A stretch of DNA of 64,000 nt from a virus. The stretch is taken from the IMG/VR virus record IMGVR_UViG_3300008448_000023, positions 1-64,000 of that record. One strand, given 5' to 3'. The notes below the pieces were generated by a model. It made no database searches. It was not told the DNA's origin and worked only from the letters and a program-made list of their open reading frames with translations. Numbering within the stretch: the stretch's first letter is position 1; each line of letters begins with the position of its first letter. The translations under genes and the position numbers were made by a program. Shown here one piece after another: positions 38,701-46,043 of the stretch.

Positions 38701-41363
38701 CTGGTTATTATGTTCCTGGGGTCAACGAGCCTGGTATAGATTTGCCTTTGTTGATTGATGGCATAGACTATCCTGGTGTACAAGTTTATGGTAAAGAGTT
38801 TGTGTCTGGGGAGACCCTGGATGTTGAGTACAGCAGCAGTTTTACTGACGTATATCTTGGCACACGAGTTACAGACATCAATGTTGATGGTGGCGAGTTC
38901 ATTGGACTGTACGAAGGCCATGCACCTGAAGAACTAGTAAATGGCAGCGAGTTTGACACTGTTGATATCAAAGTGTTCACACGCCCGGGCAGTGATTGGT
39001 CTTTGCTTGACGGTGTTGCAGGAAATGACGGTCATGGATTTCAAATAGCTAGCCGTCGCTACACAGTGTCTGATGTGGGTAATGCTGTGTTTAACTGGGA
39101 CGGTATTGAAGAACATCCTGTTTATCTTGATGTTGCAAACATTACTACTGGCGTAAATCTGGATCTCAGTACAGACTATACAGTTGATTGGGTAGCAAAA
39201 ACTGTTACAGTTACTGGTAATATCAGTGTCAACGATTCTATATCAATCACAGCTTATGAAGTTGGCGGTGGTAGTCAGCTATATCGAGCCAATGCCATAG
39301 GTGATAACGAAGATTTCTTAATAGTACCTGTAGCAGCTAACGAAATTTACGATGTTGTGCTATTTGTCAACGGCGTGTTGACTCAGGTCAACACATGGGA
39401 AGCTTACTACCCAGCTGACGTTTGGAATCAACTCACAGCCTACAACAGATTAGATGTAGTCTATACCACAGGTCCTAGCTATTACCGTGCTATTCAAAAT
39501 GTTCCTGCTGGTATTGCAATCACCAACACTGATTATTGGCAGTCTTTTGTGCCTGGGCAGTTAAGCAAGGTCAACTTGTCTACTGCTTACACCGCCAGCG
39601 ACTATTTGACTTTTGTTGTACTAGGCATCACTACACCAATTCAATATTCCTGGAGCACTCCACAAACTGAATATTTTACAGTTGATGCAGCAATCAATGC
39701 GGCTCGCACTGTAAATCTTTCCAACAACACTGGCGGCACCAATCCTTGCAACGCCATTGTTGAGATCAATGGCTTACGCCTGCGTCCTTCGGAAGGCGCA
39801 GAATACATTGGAGACAACACTACCACAGGATTTGCTTTGCCAACCCGAGGTGGATATTCCCAAGGTATTGTTAATGCACTAACTGATGTGACGGTGTATG
39901 TTAACAATGTGCTGCAACAGCAAAACACTGGCGCAGGCGGAGCTTATGTAGTAACTCCCTGGAACAGCGTCAGTAATGACCGTGAAGTAGTGTTTGCAGT
40001 ACCTCCGGCAGTTGGTGATCGTATATTGATTGCTGTAAGTACAGTAGCTGAATACCTTATTGTGAACTCACAACTACAACTAGTTACTGCACCCACAATT
40101 GGCGCAACTATTGCAGTGACCACTTATAACGACACAAGTCAACAAAATATTCTTACCTTGGTATTCCAGGGTCCATTGAATACTGGTATCACTGTAACTG
40201 AAAGCTATGACAGCACTACTTTTGATGCTGGCAGCACAACCGGTGCTCCAGGATCTTATGATTATTCTGCTGGTGCAATAATTCCAGACAACAATCTTGA
40301 TCTTCAGCGATTGGGAGTACAAGCTGGTCGTTTGTGGGTCACACTCAACGGCTATAGACTGTTTGACGGTGTAGATTACACTGTACAGGGCCAGTATCTC
40401 ATACTGGCATCTGGACCAATGGCCAGTTCTGATATTGTTGTGATAACTGAGTTCACAGAAAGCGTGGTGCCTGAGGCATTGGCTTTCCGTATTTTCCAAG
40501 ACATGCGCGGAGTGCAGGCAACCTATCGCATGACTACCGCAACAACCACATTCTTAACAGCCAATGTCACTGCCAGTGCTGATATCATTTATGTTAATAA
40601 TGCCAGTGCGCTGACCGAACCAGATTTGCCCAACGGAATTTTTGGTGTGTGCATGATAGAAGGCGAACGTATTATGTATCGCAACAGAAATACAGCATTG
40701 AACACCATCAGTGGACTCATGCGTGGCACAGCAGGAACTGCTACAACTGGCCACAGTGCTGGTACTGTGGTCTATAACATGGGACGCGGCAATTTGATGT
40801 ATGAAGAATACCAAGATCGTATTGTAAAAGATACATCGTTGGGCGACGGTTCTACTACTATTTTCTATGCACCCAACATCAATGCTGTGCCAGAATATCC
40901 ACGTGACAGCAGTACTGCTTATATTGATCACAGCATTGAAGTGTATGTAGGCGGAATTAGACAGTATCCTATCACTGAGCTTGAAACCCCAAGTCAGTAT
41001 AGATACACTGTGTCTATGATAGAGCCATTGAGCATTGAGTTTATCACTGACAATGATCCAGTTAGTCCGCTGCTGGCACCAGCTGCTGGTGAAGAAGTTT
41101 CAATAACTCAACGAGTAAGCAAGAGCTGGTACGATCTTGGAACTATTTCTCCAGTCACCAGCATCGTGGTTGGAAACAGCTACTTTATCTGGGCTCTAGG
41201 AAATACCAACTGGATTGCACTGGGCGCTGAAGACGCTAGAGAAGGTGCGTTGTTTACAGCTACCGCAGCAGGAACGGGAACAGGACAAGTGCGTACTGCC
41301 AGCGATGGTATAGCTCTGCAGGAAACTGACACTCAGGCTGCAAGGTTCCTGCGTGGTTTATAA
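26745..41363 (+). CDS. Giant (4872 aa) baseplate wedge/structural protein (gp7-like position)
   Basis: Follows gp6 with TAATG coupling. FLPEIFQT N-terminus, YIQEVKPYHVQIREF motif, FG-GAP-like propeller repeats (FGHSV...VGAP) and repeated beta-sandwich modules. Confidence 0.7.
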   Translation: MSRIRSVDFLPEIFQTDVNKQFFAATLDQLIQEPQFKKTQGFIGRTVGPGVNPNDRYVIEPNRVRADYQLEAGVISLEPGTGKIQDAITYPGLLDSIAYQTGSPGLTSGIISTEGGDSIRPDRLFESQYYTWDPFINWDTFINFSQYFWLPNGPDAVTVAASTVPATNNFTVTRSNDYYNFSGVQGNDPTIDLVRGGSYTFQVAQNQKQTINYGVGNNGTSAYIINLAANPTVSLVRGNTYTFTLSLTGDYPFYIKTSPTTGLTNIYSDGVTNNGAVTGVITFVVPQNAPDVLYYAAANQSNMRGQFNVIDASSGTGSGFWIQTAPGVSGRIPATPNISSRDVLGVTNNGEDLGTITFNVPTKTAQQFYYGLPNVGGGTSPYNVDLITDLKFNQIDGIKVTDFLATYGGIDGITELNGRTLVFDQPIVDVDQGGWYSTSMFDPLSAGSTNNGLPGSFDSLPYALQTTVPVNERYSVWQINYVDNDGYVTIQLVSTQLIGNLEKFNILYGTTYASTSWYKNDAGFLRQIPLLSAIQDTLYYQDGTNPEIFGRIRLIEQPLASTLFIEEILGKKTYTSPNGITFTNGLKIILRGEVVPASYADKEYYVSGVGTAIELLLVSNFVVPETYVVDANDSTAAVEPAELDYLTINRASKDLNAWTRSNRWFHIDVINATAEYNSTTADIDNSYRAKRPIIEFRPGLRLFDMGTEGKQPVDIIDFEETDAFSNIQGATAYSVDGYNLVNGSRVIFAADEDADVRNKIWVVNFVDPDSIPPLIAQPIINLTLATDGIVLFNQCTVCTEGTTLKGLTFWYDGVDWIRAQQKQGVQQSPLYDVYDANGVSFGNRAVYPSSTFVGSKLFSYAVGDTGILDPILQFPLQYLNLNNVGDIVFENNLYKDTFLYVRDNVSVTEPISAGFVQEFLTRTTSVRDIGWKVAATDTQIRQQFKFTYTGESLKLDIKVESTVAPLQNPVPPVKVYVGSEFKDPDTYTVVTTDNTTTITLDETYFVGDIIEVLALSNQSSAVAFYQVPINLEKNPLNGNSASFTLGTIRTHYESICENLLDLTGSINGANNTRDLGDIGPYGLIILQQSAPLTLAGYFNRSKEYNIFASLQYNSREYTKFKNLLMKEVTQLEINFQTTAELLTEAMANITAGRVETNPFYWSDMLPSSSVFTQTVYTVSLITTNVFDTVQVYNYTSANYLGLLVYKNNQLLIRGIDYVVATDGPRITITTTLAVGDKITVQEFPATYGNFVPNTPTKLGLYPAWKPGIVTVDTTTGTAQVIVGHDGSQTPVFGDVRDDVLLEFEKRIYNNLKVDGNPVPLSVYDVLPGQFRDTGYSFSEINQILAQDFLSYVGWNKLDYNNQNYIASNEFSWNYSNATNKLNGENLLGAWRGIYRYFYDTQDPSRTPWEMLGFTIEPTWWISTYGPAPYTNTNLVLWDDLEAGLIRDPAGSYFLPQYVRPGLTDVIPVDSEGNLLSPFDCVVQDYDDQQWQRSWVAGDGGPVEASWWNSSSYPFAVMRLLALTRPAKFYSLFADRDLYKFNDAFSQYLYNQRYRLDANGIEVYGDGVSKASYINWIVDYNQQLGLNSTKRLQDDLANLDVRLCYRMASFSDKQYIKLYTEKSSPNSLNSTLQIPDESYDLLLYKNQPVERLIYSSVVVQIVEGGYAVYGYSTSQPYFNIAVSQGIGRLRPITVGDVTVRVPTQYTNSVAQVPYGFVFTNPTSVCDFLLSYGKLLKDQGLTFDDRANGFILDWDQMAQEFLYWTQQGWENDSLINLNPLAGKLIITKPGLVADSIVTQTSENILLNQNKRELNTRNLNIVRLGNTLSLEPLTDESLSFADFRFTNFEHMIVLNNRSVFGDLIYEPVTGARQSRLDLVAFNSTQWNGVVDAQGFILNQDNVEEWTGFKKYTKGQIVKYKDQFWSAQTIVNPKSNFDFNDWVKSDYEQIEQGLLPNIANKSNQLQQTYSVNSANLEQDQDLLSYGLIGFRPRQYMAALNLDDVSQVNIYQQFLKTKGTILSAELLSRANLGKEAADYNIYENWAVQRAVYGANANRSFVELRLNRALLSSNPSLVQVIEPQQVSQADQQILLSDVWKQSYKLTGTNFLPTTEETITDTALPSAGYVNLNDVDITAFSLTDDSSAIEAALGAVKVGSDLWVAKVNTYDWDVFRCVQVPGYIDHVCDNLDGTSIARFTKAHGLVPSDQLIIREFDPLVDGVYTVLETPDINSVVIAYTFVGSQSVIEGVGIGFSLQSERVAQASDIINLPYANDITTGNKVWVDNNGNGRWAVLEKQNPFSDITELAPQLLDATEEYGVAVAQAKNRLAALVGSPRYGFNVGAEKGGVYVYVKNYGDQYIPVSPLDQGDAVLTLDVTGALGYGNAVDFGNQTWAIAGASKSLGPAGQADVGYAAIIYRDPTLGEPGVNPYAQWQLIVPEDLDTLGEFGHSVTVSTDERWAYVGAPGANKVYAYGRVDWEDQFVQALGNGTTKTYQIGNVIQINANTQLTVTLDDTVQFLTTDYTVAADFNSVTFTTAPAAGVVVKIQRINRLNVDGGTYFNVTQSSTTGGGSGATFTIERIRGQVGQLPGAPTIKGRVGLVAGGIGYAAGNTVRFAPSKFGGTGTSPSNDIVLTITGVNATTGAIEAYTIAYSAPITNTFSLNEYFFTATNIYSFSVYVDGVLQRPQIDYTFGEDSTYDLTLTSSSSGYNVYGTVIEVQAQSYFDYVYTLTVAGLDAGARFGHSVATSTDGRQVLVGTPDRTVSGKVEAGSVYVFDRNVQRFIYGTDPSSVAFTVLGTVTEPVSVIVNNQFLVNEANDVLNGTNTFTVAGNLVTVNTDLAVGDTVEIETNQFRLMQAITQNTVAEFSNFGQAVDLCAYNCSLYVGAPQDSTATWKAGAVQRSVNQSRSYGTITATVANPSITVGDTLRVNNIDVAVPSAGTLTSFASAINADVPNVIATVNNGLLTLKVKNAAAASPTDLLQVAPGSVGTAFNAFGFQTFTYSQTLYSPYPTEFAQFGYSVSVDETAVNLVVGSPQGTLWVLTIWDDGLVDWDGNSTTFFSTVEQSGSVYTYDYLPAANESAANTGKFVFGIQIIDSNVRPLDGYGTSVSYVDGVLMLGAPGSDAVASDSTAADYGRVFVSQNPNRIPAWTTLRQQQPVVDIGLINGVFTYDRITSARTEQFDFFDPLQGKILGAARQNIDYIGAVDPAQYDNGPTNNNGTTWFAEHVGEIWWDIGTVRFIDPNQDDIVYASRRWGQLFPGSTVDIYQWVESTVPPASYSGPGVPLNINSFSFSARLSTDGVVNTYYYFWVRGITTVATNKGKTLSATTVSRYIENPKSSGIPYIAPINASTIALYNAANIIEAQDTIINIEYDREYTTNNVHVEYELIAQDKSDGFLSDGLYRKLQDSFCGVDTAGNLVPDPNLNAAERYGVQFRPRQSMFVDRFEALKNYLQRANAVLAMYTISESRSFNLLNSSDPEPDSTTPGQTEPNWNMRVANLEILSFQNIYAVPIGYRYLVASDSSNNGLWTIYQVQYVQNGLFDARELVLIKVQNYDTKRYWSYIDWYLPGYNPSTKVTAEVPNFSTLDTLSVPVGTSVRVTANAQGKFEIYLRSLTGWDRVALEDGTIAFSAELWDYALGRFGFDVEVFDAQYFDQEPVIETRKIIQAINQELFIDDLLLERNRSLTLMFNYVLSEFAAPEWLVKTSLIDVDHRIRNLEPFQNYRQDNQEFVLDYIQEVKPYHVQIREFNLLYNGQDQYGGDVTDFDVPAYYNTSLPIPQYTSPILNISDTTDPRYQSPYLLSTPEPDNTLSDADPGALIWQTWPYTQWYGNYLLNLQRIEIVDAGSGYTDVPTVIITGDADVPATAEAFLTSFGSIAFITITDPGSGYFATPVITFDGGNGTGARAYPIMGNDLVRSFKTVIKYDRCSYQTQVLTWDPSGTYEDGTLVRFTDRVWRASSLDSTAVVGPTFNLEDWTLVPASELGGIDRTAGYYVPGVNEPGIDLPLLIDGIDYPGVQVYGKEFVSGETLDVEYSSSFTDVYLGTRVTDINVDGGEFIGLYEGHAPEELVNGSEFDTVDIKVFTRPGSDWSLLDGVAGNDGHGFQIASRRYTVSDVGNAVFNWDGIEEHPVYLDVANITTGVNLDLSTDYTVDWVAKTVTVTGNISVNDSISITAYEVGGGSQLYRANAIGDNEDFLIVPVAANEIYDVVLFVNGVLTQVNTWEAYYPADVWNQLTAYNRLDVVYTTGPSYYRAIQNVPAGIAITNTDYWQSFVPGQLSKVNLSTAYTASDYLTFVVLGITTPIQYSWSTPQTEYFTVDAAINAARTVNLSNNTGGTNPCNAIVEINGLRLRPSEGAEYIGDNTTTGFALPTRGGYSQGIVNALTDVTVYVNNVLQQQNTGAGGAYVVTPWNSVSNDREVVFAVPPAVGDRILIAVSTVAEYLIVNSQLQLVTAPTIGATIAVTTYNDTSQQNILTLVFQGPLNTGITVTESYDSTTFDAGSTTGAPGSYDYSAGAIIPDNNLDLQRLGVQAGRLWVTLNGYRLFDGVDYTVQGQYLILASGPMASSDIVVITEFTESVVPEALAFRIFQDMRGVQATYRMTTATTTFLTANVTASADIIYVNNASALTEPDLPNGIFGVCMIEGERIMYRNRNTALNTISGLMRGTAGTATTGHSAGTVVYNMGRGNLMYEEYQDRIVKDTSLGDGSTTIFYAPNINAVPEYPRDSSTAYIDHSIEVYVGGIRQYPITELETPSQYRYTVSMIEPLSIEFITDNDPVSPLLAPAAGEEVSITQRVSKSWYDLGTISPVTSIVVGNSYFIWALGNTNWIALGAEDAREGALFTATAAGTGTGQVRTASDGIALQETDTQAARFLRGL

Positions 41364-41366
41364 CAA

Positions 41367-41374
41367 GGTAAATA
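41367..41374 (+). promoter_or_regulatory. Late promoter variant GGTAAATA
   Basis: TAAATA core ending 7 nt before ATG 41382. Confidence 0.5.
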
Positions 41375-41381
41375 AGTGATC

Positions 41382-41531
41382 ATGTCAAATACAGTACCAA
41401 ACAAGCAACAACCACCAAAAATGCCGGCTGCACCGCGCCGGCCCAACGAGCACGGTACAATCAGCGTACAGGGTTATTTTAGAGTGTTTGATCCAAAAAC
41501 ACAAAAAACCATTGTGGAGGGTCGCTCATGA
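41382..41531 (+). CDS. Small 49-aa protein resembling the N-terminus of the next gene
   Basis: Not in the ORF track: MSNTVPNKQQPPKMPAAPRRPNEHGTISVQGYFRVFDPKTQKTIVEGRS. ATGA overlap with the next gene. Confidence 0.6.
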   Translation: MSNTVPNKQQPPKMPAAPRRPNEHGTISVQGYFRVFDPKTQKTIVEGRS

Positions 41532-42133
41532 TAGTTCCTGGATTGGCCAAAATTGAAGGTTTTGTAAAAATTCACAACCCAGAAACCGGCGAAGTTTTTG
41601 TTGACAAGAAAAATGCTATTCACTACGAAAATATTAGTATCAGCATGGCACAAACACTGAGTGATCGCAACACCGGCTACATCTATGCTATGGCGTTTGG
41701 CAACGGTGGTAGCTCGGTAGATCCCACTGGTGTTATTACATACTTGCCGCCTAACACAACTGGCCAAAACGCTGACTTGTATAATCAAACTTATATTAAA
41801 GTTGTCAACGATAATTCAGCAGCCGACACTGACCCTGAAAACAACAAAATGACTGTGATTCACACTCCAGGCACAGTGTATACAGACATTCTTGTTACTT
41901 GTTTGTTGGACTACGGGGAACCTCCTGAACAGCAGGCATTTGACAATTCAACCAATTTCAATGGTGAATATGTTTTTGACGAGCTTGGACTCAAAGCCTG
42001 GAATGGCAGCGCAGACAATTTAAGATTGATCACTCATGTGATTTTTCACCCTGTGCAAAAGAGCTTGAACCGTCAAATTCAAATTGACTATACCTTGCGT
42101 ATTCAAACGCTCAGCAACATAAATGCTGTATAA
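41528..42133 (+). CDS. Virion structural protein (baseplate/fibre attachment)
   Basis: NAIHYEN, MAFGNGG, LDYGEP, FDELGL, LITHVIFHPVQKSLNRQIQIDYTLRI; lies in the late operon. Confidence 0.65.
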   Translation: MIVPGLAKIEGFVKIHNPETGEVFVDKKNAIHYENISISMAQTLSDRNTGYIYAMAFGNGGSSVDPTGVITYLPPNTTGQNADLYNQTYIKVVNDNSAADTDPENNKMTVIHTPGTVYTDILVTCLLDYGEPPEQQAFDNSTNFNGEYVFDELGLKAWNGSADNLRLITHVIFHPVQKSLNRQIQIDYTLRIQTLSNINAV

Positions 42134-42136
42134 ATA
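42129..42136 (+). promoter_or_regulatory. Late promoter TATAAATA
   Basis: Exact consensus upstream of the fibre gene. Confidence 0.7.
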
Positions 42137-42163
42137 TGATATAATTAGGAACAGGTAACTGAC

Positions 42164-43900
42164 ATGGCTTATGTAATCAACCTTACCGATGGTGCTACTT
42201 TTGCTACCATTGCAGATGGTACTATCAATACTTCTAGCTCAATGACGCTGGTAGGTAAAAACTACGCCGGCTACGGTGAGTTCTTAGACGAAAACTTTAT
42301 TCACTTGTTGGAAAACGGTTCTAACACCACTGCACCCCCAGCACCGTTGACTGGTCAGCTTTGGTGGGACAAAACCAATAACTTGCTGAAAGTTTACAAC
42401 GGCTCAACATTCAAAACTATTTCAGCAGCTACAGCCAGTGCCAGTGCACCTGCATCTAATGTCACAGGAGATTTGTGGTACGACACGGTTAACCAGCAAC
42501 TTAAGGTGTGGACTGGTTCTGCTTTCTTAGTAGTTGGTCCGGCCTTCTCTAGTGCTACAGGCACAGCTGGCGCTATTCCTGAAACTATTAACGATTCAGG
42601 CGGCAGCCCGCACTTTGTTACCACTTTGTACGTAAACAACAGCAGACAGGCTATTGTCAGTTTAGACTCGGCTTTTACACCTGCGTCGCCAATTAACACC
42701 AACTTCCCAACTATCTATCCAGGTATAACCGTGACCAAGAACGCCAGCAGTGTTCTCAGCGGAAACGTGGTCAACACTGGTAACCTTACTTTAGGCGCAG
42801 GCGGCGCAACCACTGTTACTGTAACTAGCACAGGCGGCAACATTTCTGGCTATGTTAGTGCTAGTGGAAACGTTACAGGTGGCAATTTAATCACAGCTGG
42901 CCTGGCCACAGTGTCTGGCAACGTTACAGGTGGCAATTTCTTAACCAGCGGCATTGTCAGTGCCACAGGCAACATCACCGCCGGCAACGTTGCAGCAACC
43001 AATTACACTGGTACCGTAGTTAGCGTGACTGGCAACGTCACCGGCGGTAATGTACTAACAGGTGGAATTTTGAGTGCTAGTGGTAACATCACTGGTGGCA
43101 ATATTGCTGCTACATTGCACACTGGTACCGCAGTTAGTGTTACAGGAAACGTCACTGGTGGTAATTTGATTACTAGTGGTCTAGTGACTGTGACTGGTAA
43201 TATCAACAGTTCAGCTAACATTGCAGGTAGTTACTTCTTGGGCAACGGTGCATTACTAACTGGTATCAGTGCAGCGGTTAGTGTTCAAAAGATCTCTGCT
43301 GGCACAACCGAAGTTAACATTCCTAGCTCAGGTGGATCAATTTTTGCCAACGTAGCAGGAACTTCCAACGTCATGGTTGTTTCTAGTTCAGGCGCTACCT
43401 TCAGCGGCATTACTGTGCCCAGCATTGGTAAAAGCGGTTCAAATGCTGTGGGCAACATTGGATCTAGCTCAAACTATTTTAACCAGGTATTTGCCACAGC
43501 AACTACAGCACTGTACGCTGACGTTGCAGAACGATTTGAAGCTGACGAAGTCATGGAACCAGGTACAGTGGTCGAACTTGGTGGCGAAAAAGAAATTACC
43601 AAATCTCGTGCAGAACTCAGCGACTTAGTGTTTGGTGTGATAAGTACAAAGCCCGCATTTACTATGAACGGTGGAGCAGGCGAAAACGATACTCATCCTC
43701 CTGTGGCAATGACTGGTCGCGTTCCAGTTAAAGTTTCAGGTATAATACACAAAGGCGATCGATTAGTTTCAGCAGGAGATGGGTTGGCCCGTGCAGCTCG
43801 CCCAGGCGAAGCAACATCATTTAATGTGATCGGGCGTGCATTGACATCCAAGCTGAGCACAGATATTGGTACCGTTGAAGCAATTGTGAGTATCAAATAA
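42164..43900 (+). CDS. Tail fibre protein with GNVTGGN repeats and a C-terminal chaperone-like domain
   Basis: LVGKNYAGYGEFLDENFIHLLEN and GQLWWD/GDLWYD head motifs, repetitive shaft, C-terminal YADVAERF...PGTVV...GRVPVKV...KGDRLVS. Confidence 0.75.
   Translation: MAYVINLTDGATFATIADGTINTSSSMTLVGKNYAGYGEFLDENFIHLLENGSNTTAPPAPLTGQLWWDKTNNLLKVYNGSTFKTISAATASASAPASNVTGDLWYDTVNQQLKVWTGSAFLVVGPAFSSATGTAGAIPETINDSGGSPHFVTTLYVNNSRQAIVSLDSAFTPASPINTNFPTIYPGITVTKNASSVLSGNVVNTGNLTLGAGGATTVTVTSTGGNISGYVSASGNVTGGNLITAGLATVSGNVTGGNFLTSGIVSATGNITAGNVAATNYTGTVVSVTGNVTGGNVLTGGILSASGNITGGNIAATLHTGTAVSVTGNVTGGNLITSGLVTVTGNINSSANIAGSYFLGNGALLTGISAAVSVQKISAGTTEVNIPSSGGSIFANVAGTSNVMVVSSSGATFSGITVPSIGKSGSNAVGNIGSSSNYFNQVFATATTALYADVAERFEADEVMEPGTVVELGGEKEITKSRAELSDLVFGVISTKPAFTMNGGAGENDTHPPVAMTGRVPVKVSGIIHKGDRLVSAGDGLARAARPGEATSFNVIGRALTSKLSTDIGTVEAIVSIK
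42860..43210 (+). repeat. Coding tandem repeat, about 19-20 aa period (xSATGNVTGGNL)
   Basis: About six imperfect GGxAACGTxACxGGxGGxAA units in the fibre shaft. Confidence 0.75.
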
Positions 43901-43913
43901 TTAGGACAAAAGC

Positions 43914-44879
43914 ATGACATACGTAAGCGGTGGTTTAATACAGGCCACAGACTATAATGGATTCGTAAGTACCAATGCCAATGCCAACGTCAACGACGTT
44001 TGGGGCACTGGATCGGGAGACAAAGGCTGGGGGCAAAGTGCGCTGGCCACTGTGAGTGCTACCAATACAATCACTGCTACTCAATGGGGTAGTTTGGTCA
44101 ACACTCTTGCCAGCATGGGAAGCCAGACCAACACCGCAATCACTGCAAGATCAGCACCCACCACTGGGCAAACCATTGGCATACTATCAGCTCTCAACAC
44201 TGATCTAACCAACATAACCACTAACCGCGCATTTGCAGCAGCCAACGGTAGTCAATTTACAGGATGGACTGGCACCAATTCTAAAACCGCTGCCACATCG
44301 GGCGCACCCTGGAGCATTACTTTTACCAATACAGTAACTTTTGCTAGTGCAAATGCTGCTCGCTGGTTTTTCAATGCTGGAGGTCGAATCAAACTAGACG
44401 TAAGCAAAACAGCCACAGGTGCCACAGGCGATCCAGAATGGAACGATCTGGCCAATACCTTGTGTGGTGATATATTTTTCACCGGCATTGCTGCCAGCAA
44501 AACTATTGCTGGTGCTGCATACACTGGAACTACCAAAGTTGGCGGTTCGGGTACGCCCAACACACTGAGCACTGCTACTGGTTTTTATGCTTTGACCCCT
44601 GGTGCAGCAGCCACTATTATCTATAAACAGTTTGCCGATACTGCTCCGTACACCGCAAACTTTATTCAACACAGTGTGGCGCTGAACGCCGCTTCGACTG
44701 TTTTAACATTTACTACACTTTGGTCAGCATCAGACGGCGACCCAATTTCGGGCGGTACTGCAAGTACAGGAGCCACTCCCGGAACTGCACCTACTACTAT
44801 TTGTACATATTTCCCGCCCTCAACAACATATTTGAGCAACAGTTGGGGAACACCAGCTGTAGCTGCTACAACAGTTTAA
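43914..44879 (+). CDS. Thr/Ala/Gly-rich virion structural protein
   Basis: MTYVSGGLIQATDYN, GWGQ, TVTFASANAARWFFNAGG; last gene before the terminator. Confidence 0.6.
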   Translation: MTYVSGGLIQATDYNGFVSTNANANVNDVWGTGSGDKGWGQSALATVSATNTITATQWGSLVNTLASMGSQTNTAITARSAPTTGQTIGILSALNTDLTNITTNRAFAAANGSQFTGWTGTNSKTAATSGAPWSITFTNTVTFASANAARWFFNAGGRIKLDVSKTATGATGDPEWNDLANTLCGDIFFTGIAASKTIAGAAYTGTTKVGGSGTPNTLSTATGFYALTPGAAATIIYKQFADTAPYTANFIQHSVALNAASTVLTFTTLWSASDGDPISGGTASTGATPGTAPTTICTYFPPSTTYLSNSWGTPAVAATTV

Positions 44880-44882
44880 TCA

Positions 44883-44918
44883 AAAGGGCCGCAAGGCCCT
44901 TTACTTTTCTCTTTTTTT
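44883..44918 (+). terminator. Rho-independent terminator ending the structural operon
   Basis: AAAGGGCC-GCAA-GGCCCTTT hairpin followed by a T-rich tract. Confidence 0.85.
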
Positions 44919-44928
44919 CCTGTATACT
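44900..44928 (+). promoter_or_regulatory. Sigma70-like promoter for the enzyme island, probably leaderless
   Basis: TTTACT-17 nt-TATACT; the -10 box ends 6 nt before ATG 44935; no SD sequence. Confidence 0.55.
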
Positions 44929-44934
44929 AACATC

Positions 44935-45243
44935 ATGGATACTGATGCCCTTGTTGCTCACGCACGAGCAAGATTTAATCATGCTGTTGCAAAACGGCTA
45001 CTAAAAGAAAAATACCTGGCCAAAATGACCTTTGCTTATCGCGGTGGCATGTGGCGTGCTGGTCCTGAACTGCTGGCTGTGTTACAAACTGTGCCAGTAG
45101 AAGATGAAGTGGTTATTGTTGACTTATACGAAAACCCTGTTAAAATTGATCCACTAGAACTACAGCACTTGGCATTTGACCGTTGGCAAGAACAAATGAA
45201 TGCCTGGCACGTGGAGTTTGAAGAAATGAGCAAACGTCGATGA
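44935..45243 (+). CDS. Hypothetical protein
   Basis: 102-aa ORF, ATGA-coupled to the next gene. Confidence 0.6.
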   Translation: MDTDALVAHARARFNHAVAKRLLKEKYLAKMTFAYRGGMWRAGPELLAVLQTVPVEDEVVIVDLYENPVKIDPLELQHLAFDRWQEQMNAWHVEFEEMSKRR

Positions 45244-46043
45244 CCACCGGCGCACTGATATTTGCATTTAACAATGAACAAACCGACTACCTTGCTATGG
45301 CTCGATGGAATGCTGCAAACATTCGTAGGCACCTTAACATTCCAGTGGCCGTGGTCACAGACCAAACAGGATCTGATATTGTGGAAGGATTTGATCACGT
45401 CATTCATGCAGACCCCAAAGCGGGAGGAACCCGTTATTTCCAGGATTATGATGCCACTGTTACGTGGCATAACGCAGGCCGAGTTGATGCTTATAGTTTG
45501 TCCCCTTGGGACTGCACACTAGTATTAGATGCTGATTATGTTGTGGCCAGTGCTGCACTGCGCAATGTAATCAACGCTGATCGTGACTTTATGTGCTATC
45601 GCTGGGCCACAGACATGACCACTGGACGGGAGTTAGAAGCTCTCAACACATTTGGGCGCCATCAAATGCCCATGCGTTGGGCCACAGTAATGATGTTCCG
45701 TAGATCAAACACAGCACAATATATATTTGACTGTATGCAAATGATTCAAGACAACTGGCAACACTATCGCGATTTGTATGCCATAGACAAAAGCACATAT
45801 CGCAACGACTTTGCATTGAGTATTGCTCTGGGCATTGTAAGTGGACACACCAACCATGTAAGTGATATTCCATGGCCCATGATGAGCGTCATGCCTGAAC
45901 ATACTTTAAAGCAAGTGGACGCTGACAGTTACGAGATTACATTTGTAGATGCTGATCGAAAACCTCAAACAGTAGGCTGGATTGGTTTTGATTTCCATGC
46001 CATGGGCAAACGTCATTTGGAGAATATCGTTGCGTCCTGTTGA
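45240..46043 (+). CDS. GT-A fold glycosyltransferase-like protein
   Basis: VAVVTD, LSPWDCTLVLDADY (DxD), RNDFALS, C-terminal HAMGK. Confidence 0.65.
   Translation: MTTGALIFAFNNEQTDYLAMARWNAANIRRHLNIPVAVVTDQTGSDIVEGFDHVIHADPKAGGTRYFQDYDATVTWHNAGRVDAYSLSPWDCTLVLDADYVVASAALRNVINADRDFMCYRWATDMTTGRELEALNTFGRHQMPMRWATVMMFRRSNTAQYIFDCMQMIQDNWQHYRDLYAIDKSTYRNDFALSIALGIVSGHTNHVSDIPWPMMSVMPEHTLKQVDADSYEITFVDADRKPQTVGWIGFDFHAMGKRHLENIVASC

Noticed and set aside
43456-43465. Exact match of the 10-nt insert CATTGGATCT from the candidate RNA within the fibre gene
   Set aside because: A single 10-mer match in 64 kb on two strands is not far from chance, and the second insert has no adjacent match.
42164-44879. 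Diversity-generating retroelement targeting the fibres
   Set aside because: No reverse transcriptase and no template/variable repeat pair noticed.
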